Assembly (NCBI GenBank): GCA_946965045.2
Contig: OX337237.1
Location: 372,001 to 436,000, forward strand
Reading direction: 5' to 3'
Origin: Epithemia pelagica
Taxonomy: Eukaryota; Protista; Bacillariophyta
Length of the DNA stretch: 64,000 nt
The notes under the pieces: generated by a model
Databases searched by the model: none
Seen by the model: the letters and a program-made list of their open reading frames with translations, nothing else
Told to the model about the DNA's origin: nothing
Program-made: the position numbers and the translations under genes
Shown here: in pieces, positions 20,490 through 32,709 of the stretch
Layout: every line of letters begins with the position of its first letter
Numbering within the stretch: position 1 is the first letter of the stretch

Positions 20490-21770
20490 GAGCGTGAAAC
20501 ACCACGCCGTACCGGGGGAGATGCCAATGCTGACGGAGACACAACAACGCGATGCACAGCAATCAAACTACCTAGTCCGTTCCCATCAGCCCACGGCGTG
20601 CAGTCTATTTCCACGATCTTTCAAGCACCACACATATTCAACAATCAAACACGACCGCAGCGTGAAACACAACACTAGTACACTATTCTAGCGTGGTGAT
20701 TAACGTAGTAGTCCGGCGTGTTAGTTGTGTGCCGTCCACGTTTTTCTAGTACATTACGGATTGGAACTGATCAGCATCCACTCCATCCATCTTGTCTCAT
20801 TATTTCTTGCTTTCATTATTTTGTTTTCCGGTGCTGGTTCACAGTTCACAGCTCACAGCATAATTTGTCGGTTGGTTGTTGGTACTTGGTACGAAGTTTA
20901 TCACACGTATTGTTGTGTAACCGCGTGTTCTTGTGGCGGCTGAGTAACCACGTGTAACCACGTGTGTTTGTGTGAAACGATATGAGGAAGGAAGTGTATC
21001 GCTTGATTCCGTGTGTGAGTTCTGTGTCTTTGCTAACAAAATCCGGGGAACCATCGGTGGTAACCAATCCAACCGGCAACTGGATTTCCAATCCCTAGAG
21101 ATTGTTGAACACCCCCATCCCGTACCTTGAGTACAAGTAGACCGAAAGGTTGAAAAGAGGGCGATCCTTGCCAGACCGGCTGGATACCGTCAGGGGGGCG
21201 GAGTTTAAAGTACTCGACAGGTACAACTCCGCGTGCTACGGCACATCATTGCGCACTAACGAAACATCTGTCGCGGCTGTGCTCGCCACATAGTCGGTAC
21301 TCTTTTCTGCATCACGGACAGGGCGACTGATTCCGCGGGACCGAAACTGAATCTCGCTTGTCTAACGACATCGTCTGTCGTCGGCCGTGTGAAGAGGGCG
21401 ACTGATTCGCAATCTGAACGGAAATCTGAATCTTGGTTGACCGAGGACGCCATCTGTCGTCGGCCGTGTGGAGTACGGGCAAGGGACTGGCGATCCCACA
21501 GTGATTGGGCAAGACTCAAGTATCAAGACTACAAGGACAGGCTCAGTGCGTGGATCCCTAACAGGTGAAGCTGCCAGTCACGTGACATTATTGTCTGTGA
21601 TAAACTGACAACCTGGATTACTACGGTGTGAGGGGCCCGCGTTTCCTAATTAGTCGGGTACTACGGCAACGCGGCTGTTGGAAAAGAGGCTTCCTCAATA
21701 GTTGTTTCTGACAACAAAGAAATTCCCGCCACAGCTTTCGTGCTTACAGCAACTTACACTGAGTAACATA

Positions 21771-22005
<235 letters not shown>

Positions 22006-22012
22006 CAGCGAC

Positions 22013-25000
22013 ATGCATTTTGTTTATTTGATTTTTAGCTTCATTTTAGTCATGAATGCAGATGTTAGGGCAAGATCTCAGGGCATTAGAAATGCAGAAT
22101 CCGCGCGCAATGGGTTGTTGTACACAGACGCACGGGGCAACTCCAACGCAAAAATATGCTGTGTTTGTGACACATTGATTCCATACGGTGATGAGAAATG
22201 CTTGACCATACAGGACATCCGTCACAAACGTTTGTGTTCTGTGTTGTCGAAGAAGAACTTGGGTTTGTTGGAGTATGGGATTAAACAGGAAGGGCAGGTT
22301 GCTATCCAGAAGCACTATACACAGCACTGTTATACGACTAGGCGAAAGGAGTATAAGTTTCTGAACAATTTGGTTTTGTCCCCCAAATCATACCCCGCCA
22401 AAAAGGGCACAAAAGAAGGCCTTGGATGCTGTAGGGCTTGTCACTCGCACCTTCAGAACATGAAAAACAAGAAAGGTGACTGCACCCCACCACGCTATGC
22501 CATTGTTAACGGCCTATCGATTGGAAAGCCTCCTGTGTGTTTGAAAGACCTTAATGAGGTTGAATTGGCTATGATAGCGCCCGCTAGGACAAACAAACAC
22601 ATTTTTTCATTTACCGCTGGTAGCCATAAATCAATCAGGGGATGGCATTCGCTGTACTATAATGACCTTGATGCCGTCAATGGCGTTGTTAATTGGTGTA
22701 ATGAGGCAACCACACAACGACACCAGCAAGGAGAAAGCAATGATAGCTTGGGTGGGGAAGAAAACGCAGAAAAGAAGTTATACATTCCTACAATCGCGGT
22801 GGTATTGTGCGGCCCGTTTACGTCGGCCCAGCGTGCAAAAGTGAGGGAGAAAACCGAAGTGAGATGGGAAAAAATGCAAAATGCACTGGTATGGTTAAAA
22901 GCAAATAAACCACTATATGCAGAATATGATCTCCCAACAGACGCAATGCTGAAACCAATTTTCCTTGACAAAGCAGAGATTGTTCCTGAATCGTCGTCAA
23001 ATGTCGAGCTGGTTTTTGAAATCAATGCGGTTTTCCCGGACTCTGATGAACCCAAAACAGGTAATGGTGGGTTCGCGACTCAGCAGGAGTTCAGAAATGC
23101 TTCTGTAGAAAATTTAGTAACACCAGAGTCGGACAAGCAAGCAACATTGATATCCCGGCCAACCCCACATCTACTCCGTGATTATGAGGGTGACAACTTG
23201 ATTCGTGCGTTCCCCCTTCAGTTTCCCTACGGAATTGGCGGTCGTAATTCGGAGGGTGAATTGCGGCAGGGGGTTGGGTATCTGAAACATTTGTCTATGT
23301 TAGCCCCATCACGTTTTCATGGGGCAGCCTTTATATGTGTCCTTCATAATATGTTTGAGAGACAAAGAATGGTTGCCAATACTTTCCTTAGGGTGTCTGA
23401 TTCACAAGCACAGTCGTTTCCAGATATTTCGACAGAGGCAATTGAGGAGGCCTTGCGGATGATGCAGGACAACGTGTCATGTTCCACCCCGGGATACATG
23501 TTTCTTCAAAAGCTGAGAGCGATTACTTCTTCCATGGGCCATACGTCGGGTTCGGCAAAAAGGGCCCGACAGAGAATGTTTTCGATGATTTCGCATCATG
23601 GTTTGCCGTCTTTGTTGTTTACCATTACACCAGAGGATGCAATTAACTACAGAATCAGGGTAATGTCGACGGGCGGGACGGGCGAGCGTCCACCACCCGA
23701 TCCATTCACTTGTGATTTCAGTGAACTTGCAAAATATGCTAAGGAATGTAAGGAAATTAGGGTTGATAATCCAGGGCTGTGTGCATTTGATTTTGAGAAT
23801 GTACTCCGGATTACAATCGCACATTTGATAGGGTGGGACGAAACTGAACAGAAAAACAAACCCTGCTTTGGAATATTTGGAGACATAAGTGGGTGGTGTT
23901 ACGCAGTTGAGGAGCAGGGACGAAAAACCCTACATGCACATTTTCTGCTGTGGGTGAAAGATTGGGCAAAATTGCTAAATGGGCTATCAGATGAAAGCCT
24001 CAGGGATACGTTCAAGAAGCAAATGGAGAAATATGTGTCAGCCGTGTCAAGTGCGGAATTGCATGGTAACGATTGTCAACCGGTGTGCACAAATGATGGC
24101 TGCTCTGGGTCTGTCTTGGAGCACTGCAGTGCGCAGGACTTGCGAAATCTCCGTACACGGGCAGGAAAGACGGCTTTCGGTGGGAAACAAATTATGAAGT
24201 GTGGGACCTGTGACAAAGGCTACTCAAGTGAGGATCTGGTAAAAATCCTACTTGACCCAATGTTTTCTCTGCAGGGGGGGGGGGACGATGAACCGTTTTG
24301 GCCACATGTTTCTTCACAACACACAAAATATCAGCTACTTATGGAGTTTGCATTGATGCGGCATAATCATCCGTTTGTTCCGAAGATCCTCGACGATAAA
24401 CAAGCTGCAAGGTTTGTCGCAGCTTTGAGGAACCTACATAGTTCGAATCACTGTACAGCATGTTTCAAAAAAGGGGGAGAATGCCGGATGAAGATTCCCA
24501 ACCTTCCCTTTGAAAAAACCACTTTGGTTTTTGATGAGCATTACACTAATTGGTACGACTGGAGAGGGAACAACCGTGCACGACAGCTTTTCCATGTAGG
24601 TCATAAGCGTTCCAGAGCAGATGTTATGATGAATATCCATAATCGTGCGGCAAGTAATCTGTTTGCTTGTAACACCAATGTGGTTGCGGGTGTCGATGGT
24701 GGTAGTGTCATGTATATGACATGCTTTGTGTCGAAGAATACGCAGAATGAGGACAATGAGCATTTTGCTTCTGCCGCAAAGCATATGGTTCGTAAAATGA
24801 AGACGTATTTAAGCAACGATTTAGAGGACAATGAGAATCGGGAGAACAACACTGCCGATACTAATAATGACAGAGTCCTGCACGGTATGCGTGGGCTAAT
24901 TGGTGCTGTTTTGCTTTCTACAGGGGCACACGTATGCAGTGCACCAATGGCAGCGTTTTTGTTGAGGAATGAGTCTCGTTTTGGGTTTTTGCATGAATTT

Positions 25001-27718
25001 GCATATGTTGATCTCAGGGATTTTGAGTCAGACAAACTTCAGAAGTTTTCGTGTGATGCCTATGACGGCGAGGTTTTCCTGAAATCGTCTGTGGCTGATT
25101 ACTTATATAGGCCACATGATTTAGAGGGTGTGTGTCTTTATGACTTCCTCTGCAGTTATTCTGTTGGGTGTGCGACCTCTAAAAACCGTGGAATGGAGTG
25201 GGTAGCAGAGCATCCGTCGCGGGGTAATTTGGTGTTGAAAAAAAATAAGAAAGACAAAATTCCACTTATTTCCTTTCTGGATTTTGTTGATACAAAATTT
25301 TTTGGGGACAGGTCAATTGACAATGTTGATGCATCGGGAGATGTTGTTCTTGATTCTGGTTTGGCAGCCATGGAATCTTATGCAAAGAAGGCCTGCCTTC
25401 TTTTTTACCCCTTTCGGCAGACAGGAGATCTTAGATCAGGGAACGGGAGATATCTGGGGAAATTCCAGCAGGGTTTGGCTGGTGGTATCATTTTAGAACA
25501 GCATTTGACGGTTCTTTCAAACATACAAGACTGTCGTAATAGTCTTAATTGCGGGAGACCGAGCGATTCTCTAGAAAGAGTGACAGAGCAACCATCGCTT
25601 GTTGTTGGTAATGCAGGTGATTCTGAGGAAGAGTGCGAAACAGGAATCGACCCTGGCATGGATGCAGTTTTTGATGAATTGATTTCGTGCCTGGATGTGA
25701 GTCGGCCGTTGTCAAGAAACGCTGATGGATTGTTGGCAGTTGATAGCAGGTTTATTCGGTCATGTGGGACAAACAAATGTGGTGAAAACTTGGTGGTCTG
25801 TCCGGAGTTGCCTGACTCGTCGCCATCAGTGTTTCGTGTCAGTTCGGATGAGCAGGCAGACAGTACTACCTTTGTACAGCATGCAAGTGTGGATGAGAAG
25901 GTATTTGAATCAAGAAGAATCACTTATAGAAGTTTGCATGAACTGTCTGTCCGTTTTCGTGAGCGTGTGATGGGTGTAGATGCTAGCAGTCACCTGCAGG
26001 CAACTGGGACATTGGAGAATATTCGGGCGTATGCGGATGTGTGTTTTGGATCTGATGTGGATCAAAAAAGAGCTTTTGAGTCAATAGTAGCTGCGTTTGT
26101 GCTGGAATTATATAAGGAGGCAAATAGAACACAAGCAGCAGTCGACTCCGAAGATGAACTGGAGGCAAACCACCAGAATACGAGGTTTCTTAGTTTACGC
26201 AAAAAAGAATTGGAAAAAGTGAATAGAGGTCATCAATACATCGCGTTCCTTTCTGGTGCAGGTGGTACGGGGAAAAGCCATGTTTTAAAATCGGTTGTCC
26301 GATATGCCAAGAGCATGTGCCGCAATTTGAGTGTTAAGTACAACAAGCGGACAATTGTTGTGACCGCGCTTACTGGTGCGGCTGCTGTTGGTATAAATGG
26401 TGAAACAACCCATAATGCCTGTGCTATAAATCGAGAGGTTGATGGAGAGGTCGAGGAGTGGACAAATGCGTATATGTTGGTTGTGGATGAAATTTCGTTT
26501 GCATCCAAAGATGTGCTTATATGTCTGCATCATAAACTGCGTGAGATCAAGGAAAATGCAACTGCCCGGTATGGAGGAATTCCTGTGTTATTTGCTGGGG
26601 ATTTTACGCAGTTGAAACCCGTGAAAGGATACCCCTTGTTTGTGTATAAGGATCTTGAACATTGGTATGATTGGGTACATACGTTTATGGAGCTTCGAAC
26701 TAATCATAGATTCGTTGACGATCCAGATTACGGTGAACTGCTTTTAAGGTATAGAGATATTGGGCCTGATGCAATAGATCTGGATACATTGAATACACGT
26801 GTTGTTGGTAGTCCTGGGGGGCCACGTGAGAGCGACATACCGTCTACGGCAGATTATGCCACAAAGTCCAACATTGATCGTGCGGCTATTAACGATGCCA
26901 TCTTTTGCAAACATTTGGCAGAAACACATTCAAAGGATCCGGAAAGGGACCCCCCTTTGCATACGATTTGCGTTCGTGCGTCTGACTTGCGTTGGAAGAA
27001 GCCAAAGACGAGAAGGGACTATGTGGACTTTAATTCGGCCAGTAAAGACATGTTATATGCGTATTGTGGTGAAGGACATGTTAAGAGTAAAGATAATAAG
27101 CATTACGACCCATTGTTGAAATTTTACTATGGTCGTCCATTGATGATTAATGACAATATCGATGTTGAGAGGTGTGTTGCTAATGGGGCAATGTGCACTT
27201 TCCGTGAAGTTGTGTTGATGCCGGGAGTTACAGTTAGTGATATGGAGAAGATATGTATTGATGGCTACTTTGTTTGGTGTGTTAGTGTGTCACAAGTTCG
27301 GGGTTTGAGAGTGACAATGCAAGATGGTGTTGAAGGTTTCGTAGTGAATTTGGAGGCTACAAAAGTTACAGCGACTGTTCAGTTTCTTCTGCCGGAATTT
27401 GGTAGGAATGTGAGGATTAAGAAGACTACTATGAGGCTGAAGCAGTTTCCGATTAATGTATCAAATGCACGAACAGGACATAAATTGCAGGGAAGGTCGT
27501 TGCGTCATTTGGTGATTAGTTCATGGGACTATACGGATAATTGGGTGTATGTGTGTTTGTCTCGTTGTGCTACTTTGAATGGTTTGTTTTTGCGGCAGCC
27601 GTTAAATTTGGACAAAACAAGAGGCATTTCGGAAGAGTGTGCGAGATTCTATGAGTTGTTCAGGGAGACTAAACAGCTACCAGAAAAGGTTGTTCTGTTT
27701 GAGGAGGAGAGGGGATAG
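22013..27718 (+). CDS. Helitron Rep-helicase (HUH endonuclease plus PIF1/SF1B helicase), 1901 aa
   Basis: N-terminal Cys clusters; Rep motifs FTITP, VEEQGRKTLHAHFLLW and YMTCFVSK; helicase motifs SGAGGTGKS, VVDEIS, FAGDFTQLKPV, TGHKLQGRSL and YVCLSR. Confidence 0.95.
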   Translation: MHFVYLIFSFILVMNADVRARSQGIRNAESARNGLLYTDARGNSNAKICCVCDTLIPYGDEKCLTIQDIRHKRLCSVLSKKNLGLLEYGIKQEGQVAIQKHYTQHCYTTRRKEYKFLNNLVLSPKSYPAKKGTKEGLGCCRACHSHLQNMKNKKGDCTPPRYAIVNGLSIGKPPVCLKDLNEVELAMIAPARTNKHIFSFTAGSHKSIRGWHSLYYNDLDAVNGVVNWCNEATTQRHQQGESNDSLGGEENAEKKLYIPTIAVVLCGPFTSAQRAKVREKTEVRWEKMQNALVWLKANKPLYAEYDLPTDAMLKPIFLDKAEIVPESSSNVELVFEINAVFPDSDEPKTGNGGFATQQEFRNASVENLVTPESDKQATLISRPTPHLLRDYEGDNLIRAFPLQFPYGIGGRNSEGELRQGVGYLKHLSMLAPSRFHGAAFICVLHNMFERQRMVANTFLRVSDSQAQSFPDISTEAIEEALRMMQDNVSCSTPGYMFLQKLRAITSSMGHTSGSAKRARQRMFSMISHHGLPSLLFTITPEDAINYRIRVMSTGGTGERPPPDPFTCDFSELAKYAKECKEIRVDNPGLCAFDFENVLRITIAHLIGWDETEQKNKPCFGIFGDISGWCYAVEEQGRKTLHAHFLLWVKDWAKLLNGLSDESLRDTFKKQMEKYVSAVSSAELHGNDCQPVCTNDGCSGSVLEHCSAQDLRNLRTRAGKTAFGGKQIMKCGTCDKGYSSEDLVKILLDPMFSLQGGGDDEPFWPHVSSQHTKYQLLMEFALMRHNHPFVPKILDDKQAARFVAALRNLHSSNHCTACFKKGGECRMKIPNLPFEKTTLVFDEHYTNWYDWRGNNRARQLFHVGHKRSRADVMMNIHNRAASNLFACNTNVVAGVDGGSVMYMTCFVSKNTQNEDNEHFASAAKHMVRKMKTYLSNDLEDNENRENNTADTNNDRVLHGMRGLIGAVLLSTGAHVCSAPMAAFLLRNESRFGFLHEFAYVDLRDFESDKLQKFSCDAYDGEVFLKSSVADYLYRPHDLEGVCLYDFLCSYSVGCATSKNRGMEWVAEHPSRGNLVLKKNKKDKIPLISFLDFVDTKFFGDRSIDNVDASGDVVLDSGLAAMESYAKKACLLFYPFRQTGDLRSGNGRYLGKFQQGLAGGIILEQHLTVLSNIQDCRNSLNCGRPSDSLERVTEQPSLVVGNAGDSEEECETGIDPGMDAVFDELISCLDVSRPLSRNADGLLAVDSRFIRSCGTNKCGENLVVCPELPDSSPSVFRVSSDEQADSTTFVQHASVDEKVFESRRITYRSLHELSVRFRERVMGVDASSHLQATGTLENIRAYADVCFGSDVDQKRAFESIVAAFVLELYKEANRTQAAVDSEDELEANHQNTRFLSLRKKELEKVNRGHQYIAFLSGAGGTGKSHVLKSVVRYAKSMCRNLSVKYNKRTIVVTALTGAAAVGINGETTHNACAINREVDGEVEEWTNAYMLVVDEISFASKDVLICLHHKLREIKENATARYGGIPVLFAGDFTQLKPVKGYPLFVYKDLEHWYDWVHTFMELRTNHRFVDDPDYGELLLRYRDIGPDAIDLDTLNTRVVGSPGGPRESDIPSTADYATKSNIDRAAINDAIFCKHLAETHSKDPERDPPLHTICVRASDLRWKKPKTRRDYVDFNSASKDMLYAYCGEGHVKSKDNKHYDPLLKFYYGRPLMINDNIDVERCVANGAMCTFREVVLMPGVTVSDMEKICIDGYFVWCVSVSQVRGLRVTMQDGVEGFVVNLEATKVTATVQFLLPEFGRNVRIKKTTMRLKQFPINVSNARTGHKLQGRSLRHLVISSWDYTDNWVYVCLSRCATLNGLFLRQPLNLDKTRGISEECARFYELFRETKQLPEKVVLFEEERG

Positions 27719-27728
27719 TACCGCTTTC

Positions 27729-27930
27729 GATGTTTTTGGATCGACACCAGTCCATTTCCGTCAAAAATTTGATTCGTGAGGCCCAGTTCTATCATCCGTC
27801 GGCCTTGCGTCGTTCCTTGTCCGTTCCAATCGATTGTTTGTGTACAAATCAAACATGCATTGATGGTTTTGGATTGACAGTCCATTTCCGTCAGAAATTT
27901 GAGTCGTGAAGTCCGGTTCTATCATCCGTC
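27729..27930. repeat. Two imperfect ~70-bp direct repeats just 3' of RepHel
   Basis: CAGTCCATTTCCGTCA.AAATTTGA.TCGTGA...GTTCTATCATCCGTC at about 27729-27800 and 27862-27930. Confidence 0.85.
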
Positions 27931-28016
27931 ATCAGACAGCCAAATCGGGCTTTCATTGGTCTCATAAATTCTGTGAGATAGATTTCTGTTGGGTTGTTGG
28001 TTAAATAGTCAAGATC

Positions 28017-28784
28017 ATGTGCCGTTATATTGAATTGTCCTTGGATAGTTGTGATTTTGAGACAAGCGATAAGTCAGTGGAGTTTCAGGTTCAGGTTGGT
28101 CTGTCGGATCGCTGGCGGTTCAAAGGAGTGTGTCCACGGAACACACGGATGGCTGTGCTTTGCCAGAAGGTTGCTGATGCATTGGAAGTTGAGGCTTGTT
28201 TAAAAGGGTTAGTCTGTTTCACGACGAATCGGGCGGTCAGTGGTCGTGAATGTGTCGGTGACCAGTGCTGTGTGGGAGTTCGGTGGGCTGTGAATCCAAA
28301 TGAGAGGAATGATACCTGGGGGTTCGAACGTGCAACACCAGATGACTTCGTGCTGCGTGATACCTACAATAGATATTTTCGTTGTGAGGCCAACGAGTAT
28401 GTTGATCTGTTGAATGAGTGGGAGCGTGGGTATGATTGTTCCTTTCCGTCTGGTCGCGAATGGCCGGTCACGTTCCAAGAAAATGTGGTTAATTGGCTGT
28501 CTTGTCGTGTGGCTACGAATGCATTGTTAGGGGAGTTCACCGTCATTATTAACTGTTATTGGAAGGTTCGCCATGTTAAAGCGGAGTTGTATAAGTTTTT
28601 GGGGGTCGATCCAACTTTTATGATTCTTCAAAAGTCGAGAGAGAGTGCAGAATTAGATGACGATGCAGCGGTGATCCAAGAGATTTATAGGGAGAATTGT
28701 ACGGCGGTTTTGCAGTTGTCCTTGGATGTTGAAATGATGGTCAAGTTGGTGGCAGGGCATCCATTGTTGTGTTTCTTTCGTTAA
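28017..28784 (+). CDS. Protein with two predicted ubiquitin-like domains (Ubl-3), 255 aa; paralog of Ubl-1
   Basis: Aligns end to end with 16746-17477 (FPSG.. PVTF, W..CRV.TN.L.GE, V.AELYK..GVDP.FMIL.KS). KVRHVKAELYKFLGVDPTFMILQK...ELDDD is ubiquitin-like. No C-terminal GG. Confidence 0.62.
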   Translation: MCRYIELSLDSCDFETSDKSVEFQVQVGLSDRWRFKGVCPRNTRMAVLCQKVADALEVEACLKGLVCFTTNRAVSGRECVGDQCCVGVRWAVNPNERNDTWGFERATPDDFVLRDTYNRYFRCEANEYVDLLNEWERGYDCSFPSGREWPVTFQENVVNWLSCRVATNALLGEFTVIINCYWKVRHVKAELYKFLGVDPTFMILQKSRESAELDDDAAVIQEIYRENCTAVLQLSLDVEMMVKLVAGHPLLCFFR

Positions 28785-30273
28785 ATCGATTTGGTCATGT
28801 GAGCGGGTAGACAGGGGTCTTGAGTGTTGCTGTATGGTTTGGATGGCCTAATGTTACTCTTGAAATTTAATTTATTCTCCTAGTCATGATTGTTATGGAA
28901 CTTTAGAGTCCCATCTCATAGTGGGTGGATTTCAGGTTGTTTTGATCTACTCTTTCCTCTTCTTGTTTTGACGTGGACCGACGTGGTGAGGTGGTTGTGA
29001 TTTATTGCGGACGCCAGCCCCAGCCGTCATGGGAGGTATGGGTGGGTCAGGTTGGCGTGGTAGGTTATGAGCCCTTTTATGTTTGGGTGATCGTTGAACT
29101 CAGACGTTCCATCCCGAAGGGTACTGTCGTCTGACTATGGGAGCAAGTCGACTTTGTCTATTGTGTGTCGTGATGACTGTCGTGAGAATGTCGTGATCGT
29201 CGAAAATATGTCGTATTCGCATTGTTAACTCGTACTCAATACGGTTCAGTGTGCATAGCCACGATTTAGGATAGTATACCGGTAGTTGTGGTTGTCATCC
29301 CTTTGGGCACTCCAAACAAGACAAGGCGAGCGAGCGAGTTTCCAGAGACTCTCTTGCAACAACTACAAGAACAACACAAGAACAACAAACTTCCTTGAGA
29401 GCAAAAGAACCACTCTAAGACAACGACCAACAACGACGAGACACTGCAACCAACAAGCCAAAAGAGAATCCAACGAGTTCTCCTCCCCTCCCTCTCTTCA
29501 ACACGACAAACCTCCCTCCACTGAACAAACAAGAACCACTCTCCTTCTCACCACCACCAAGAGACAAACAACGACAACGTCTTGAGATTCTCTCCAACAA
29601 CAACCAACAAGTCAAGAATCGATCCACGAAAACACCGTATTCGGACGTCCAGAACTGCGAGAAGTGGAATTCCAATGGAAAGCCACTTTTTTCTCGGTTT
29701 TGGGTTTTGGGACATTAGGCCCAACTAAAACTAATACAGCTACTAAAGTTACTTAAGTACTCGTCCGAATCCGATTCCGTAGTAGAAGTGTACTCCGCAG
29801 TCCACCGCACTCTCGTGGGATCCCAAAATTGATCCAACCCCTCGACCGGAACCCATTAAAGAGTCGACTACAAAGGGACGACGATGTTTGGACGACAACC
29901 GCCAACAGAATACCTACTACCTAGGTAGTTGAAGGAGAGTGTTGTGTCAAAGATGAATTAGTATCACGGTCGTTCCTTTTCTCCTTGTCAAGAACACACA
30001 TTGTTGTTGTTGTTATCCTGCTCATATTATGGTGGGATCCAATAGGTCGTCCTCGTCGTTGTTGGACCCTAATCCAATCACAGAAATTTTGACAGCCAGA
30101 AAGAGCGATACCAAACTACCCAGGCAGGATACGTTGTTGGAGAAAAAGGCAATTGCTCGTTCAGCATGGACTTTTCCACCGCCAAGACACATTGGTACTA
30201 ACAAATTTATTTCTCCGTGTGCTATCGGATTGTCATGTGTGTTTGTTTGTTTCCGGAGACTCCAACAATGTCG

Positions 30274-31840
30274 CTACAGTGACACTGCAACTTGGTTTGT
30301 CAACGGCGGATGGTGGGAGAATGATTGATCCACCCAAGACAGGTTGGGTGGAGTAAAGTTGAAATACGGGTTTTCGTAGTCGACCCGATAATACTCGAGG
30401 AGTTGTTGATACAACTTGGGAGTAATGTGCTGGGCCAGTTTCGACGATGCACCCGTCGAATGATGCTGACCGGCATGACGTGGTTGGGTAAAGTTGGAGG
30501 CATGGGTGGCGTTTCTTGTCGTCGTCATTGTACTGGTGCTATGTGTACCATATTGCTCCCATGCTCCAATCCGTCGCAACAATCGTTCCGTATCTTGTTG
30601 CATGGTTTCCATGCGTCCAATAAAGTTCACTTGTTGCAGGTACTTGCGAGAAATGCGGTGACTTTGTGGTGTCCAATGAAAGTCGCGACACTGTTTCATA
30701 ATGGGAAAGGCTGCTTCCGCCGATTGTTTGGAACGAGCCAGACAAGCGGCGTTGCGTCTACAACATGTTTTTTGAAAATACTTCTCCGTACTATGAGCCT
30801 TGTTGAGATAGGCCGAGACAAAGCGTTCCATGGGATCTCGCAAGAAAATGGCCCGTGTCCAGTCAGGCGACGTCATCATGTGTCATCATGTGTGTGGCTT
30901 GTTGGACCGAATAGTGACGCAACAATTTCAATTGACGAAAGGCGTGAACATTGACATAGTATTCGTCATCCAATGTATAGGTGCGATTCTGTTCCATGCG
31001 CATAAAGAGCAAATGCCAATGCGTACAGCCCACCTTGGGCGAAGAAAAGAACAAGAGCTTGTATTTTTCAATCACAATGGTTGGAAATGTTCGCCTACCT
31101 TTGTATTCTTGATCCGAGAGCTCGATACGAAAGGGTGTAAGAGTCTGATTGTGTGTACTCTTGTGCTTCTTGGTGGAATTCAAAGGCATGACAACGATTA
31201 TGACGAAGACAACGACACGGCCAACGACGACGTTGCGTCATCACGGCCACCCAAAAAGAGGGCCAAACGGTTTATGAAGTCAACCCAGGCATCTGCAGCG
31301 AACGCTGTCGTGACGTCCAATGCTAATGACGATCGTCCACGTCAAGAGAGCCTTGACGCACTGTCGGAGGTGTTCATCAACAATCACACTTTCCAGCACA
31401 AAGTCAAAGCACCGTCTTTTGTCAGCTTTTCCTACGGCTCCGTGTGGTTCAGTTGCCTCACGGGCGATGCTGAAGCGCTACGTAAGGCCCTTGTTAGATT
31501 GTTCCTTCCCAACCTCCCCCCCCCCCCCCCCCCCCCCCCCTCCCATTCCCTTTACATGTCCCTCCTGCAATGTGACGGCCTTTGGTTCTTCCCTTTCCTC
31601 TTCAAATCTGGGAGAACTTTGATTGATATAGTTCCATTCAATAGAAGTCGATTCACTGGGGTTGTCATGCGAACGCTCTGACTCGTCGTGTTGGCCTTTG
31701 GTTCTACGCCCTCGTCTTCAAATCCGGGGGAACGTTGATTGATATTATAGTTCCATGCGAGGGAGCTCGAGTCTGACAGATCCATTACAGTTGTCATGCG
31801 AGCGCCATGCAATGCTTTTTCGTTCTTGTTGGGAACAAAG
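30274..31840 (-). pseudogene. Sulfotransferase paralog ST2: 5'-truncated, frameshifted, with a foreign insertion
   Basis: Same subtype as ST7 (SPKVGCTHW, EQNRTYTLDDEYY, AHSTEKYFQKTCC). It has a 10-nt duplication near 30875-30890 and an insertion at 31187-31576. The N-terminal TM segment is missing. Confidence 0.85.
31187..31576. other. ~390-bp foreign segment inside ST2, containing a C25 run (31516-31540)
   Basis: Replaces ~27 nt between GGAATTCAAAGG and GGCCTTTGGTTCT that are contiguous in the paralogs. Confidence 0.75.
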
Positions 31841-32709
31841 TTCGGGAAAGTCAAGGAACAGCCTGATAGTTGCAGGTTTGCAGAGACTGGTAATGATACT
31901 GTTAGAGCTGAAGGTAGACATTGCATGTTGACAACAAGGAAGTTGTTGGGTATACACTATGCATTCATGTTACCTTGATGGATGCTGACTTTGTCATTGT
32001 CGTTTCTTGCTAGGAGTAGACTGCACCGAGACTGTGTGTGGGCAGGTAGCTGAGTTAGACTACCAATTTAAACTTTCCTTCATCCATTTGGCGACAAAAA
32101 CACATTTTGAAGTGGCCAATCGACAGATCTCGTTCTGGGCTTTTGAATGACACCTCAAATTCCAAAATTGGTTAAGTAGAAGTTAAGTTATAAATTGTCA
32201 AAGTTTTCTACGGTGGCATCGCGGTGACCCCAGAATTCCGCCCACCAAATTTAGTCAGGCTGCCAAATTAGTCAGGTTGCCTCTAATTTAAATTTTTTGA
32301 GTGTGTTTTCCGTTTTCTGTGTGGACGAGACAGACAGGCGCGAAGCTCGCGTGATTTTGCGAGTACCGTCTGCGAGTGCGAGCAATCGTCCAGGTGGCAT
32401 ACCGTACAATACGCCTCTCATCTCTCATCGCAACAAGAAATAAAAATAAAAAATAACGACGAATGAGAGGAGAGATACAATCCGCGGTCACTCTCCGAAA
32501 AAAATGTAAATTTGATCGAAGGACAGGAGGACCATCGCAATGACAACGACAACAACCTCCCACACTTGTCCTGCTCGAAAAATTAGTGCATATCAGAGTC
32601 TGGCTGCACTGTGCGTAAGAACACCAATGAGTTTCTGAGCGATACTTTGGACACTATTTATCTCCATGCCTAGAGTGTGATTTGTACCCAAACGATCCGC
32701 CTACAGTCA

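Noticed and set aside
16335-21480. Short direct repeats as a possible CRISPR array or iteron cluster
   Set aside because: Only two copies each, no regular unique spacers, no cas genes, eukaryotic context. Kept only as simple repeats.
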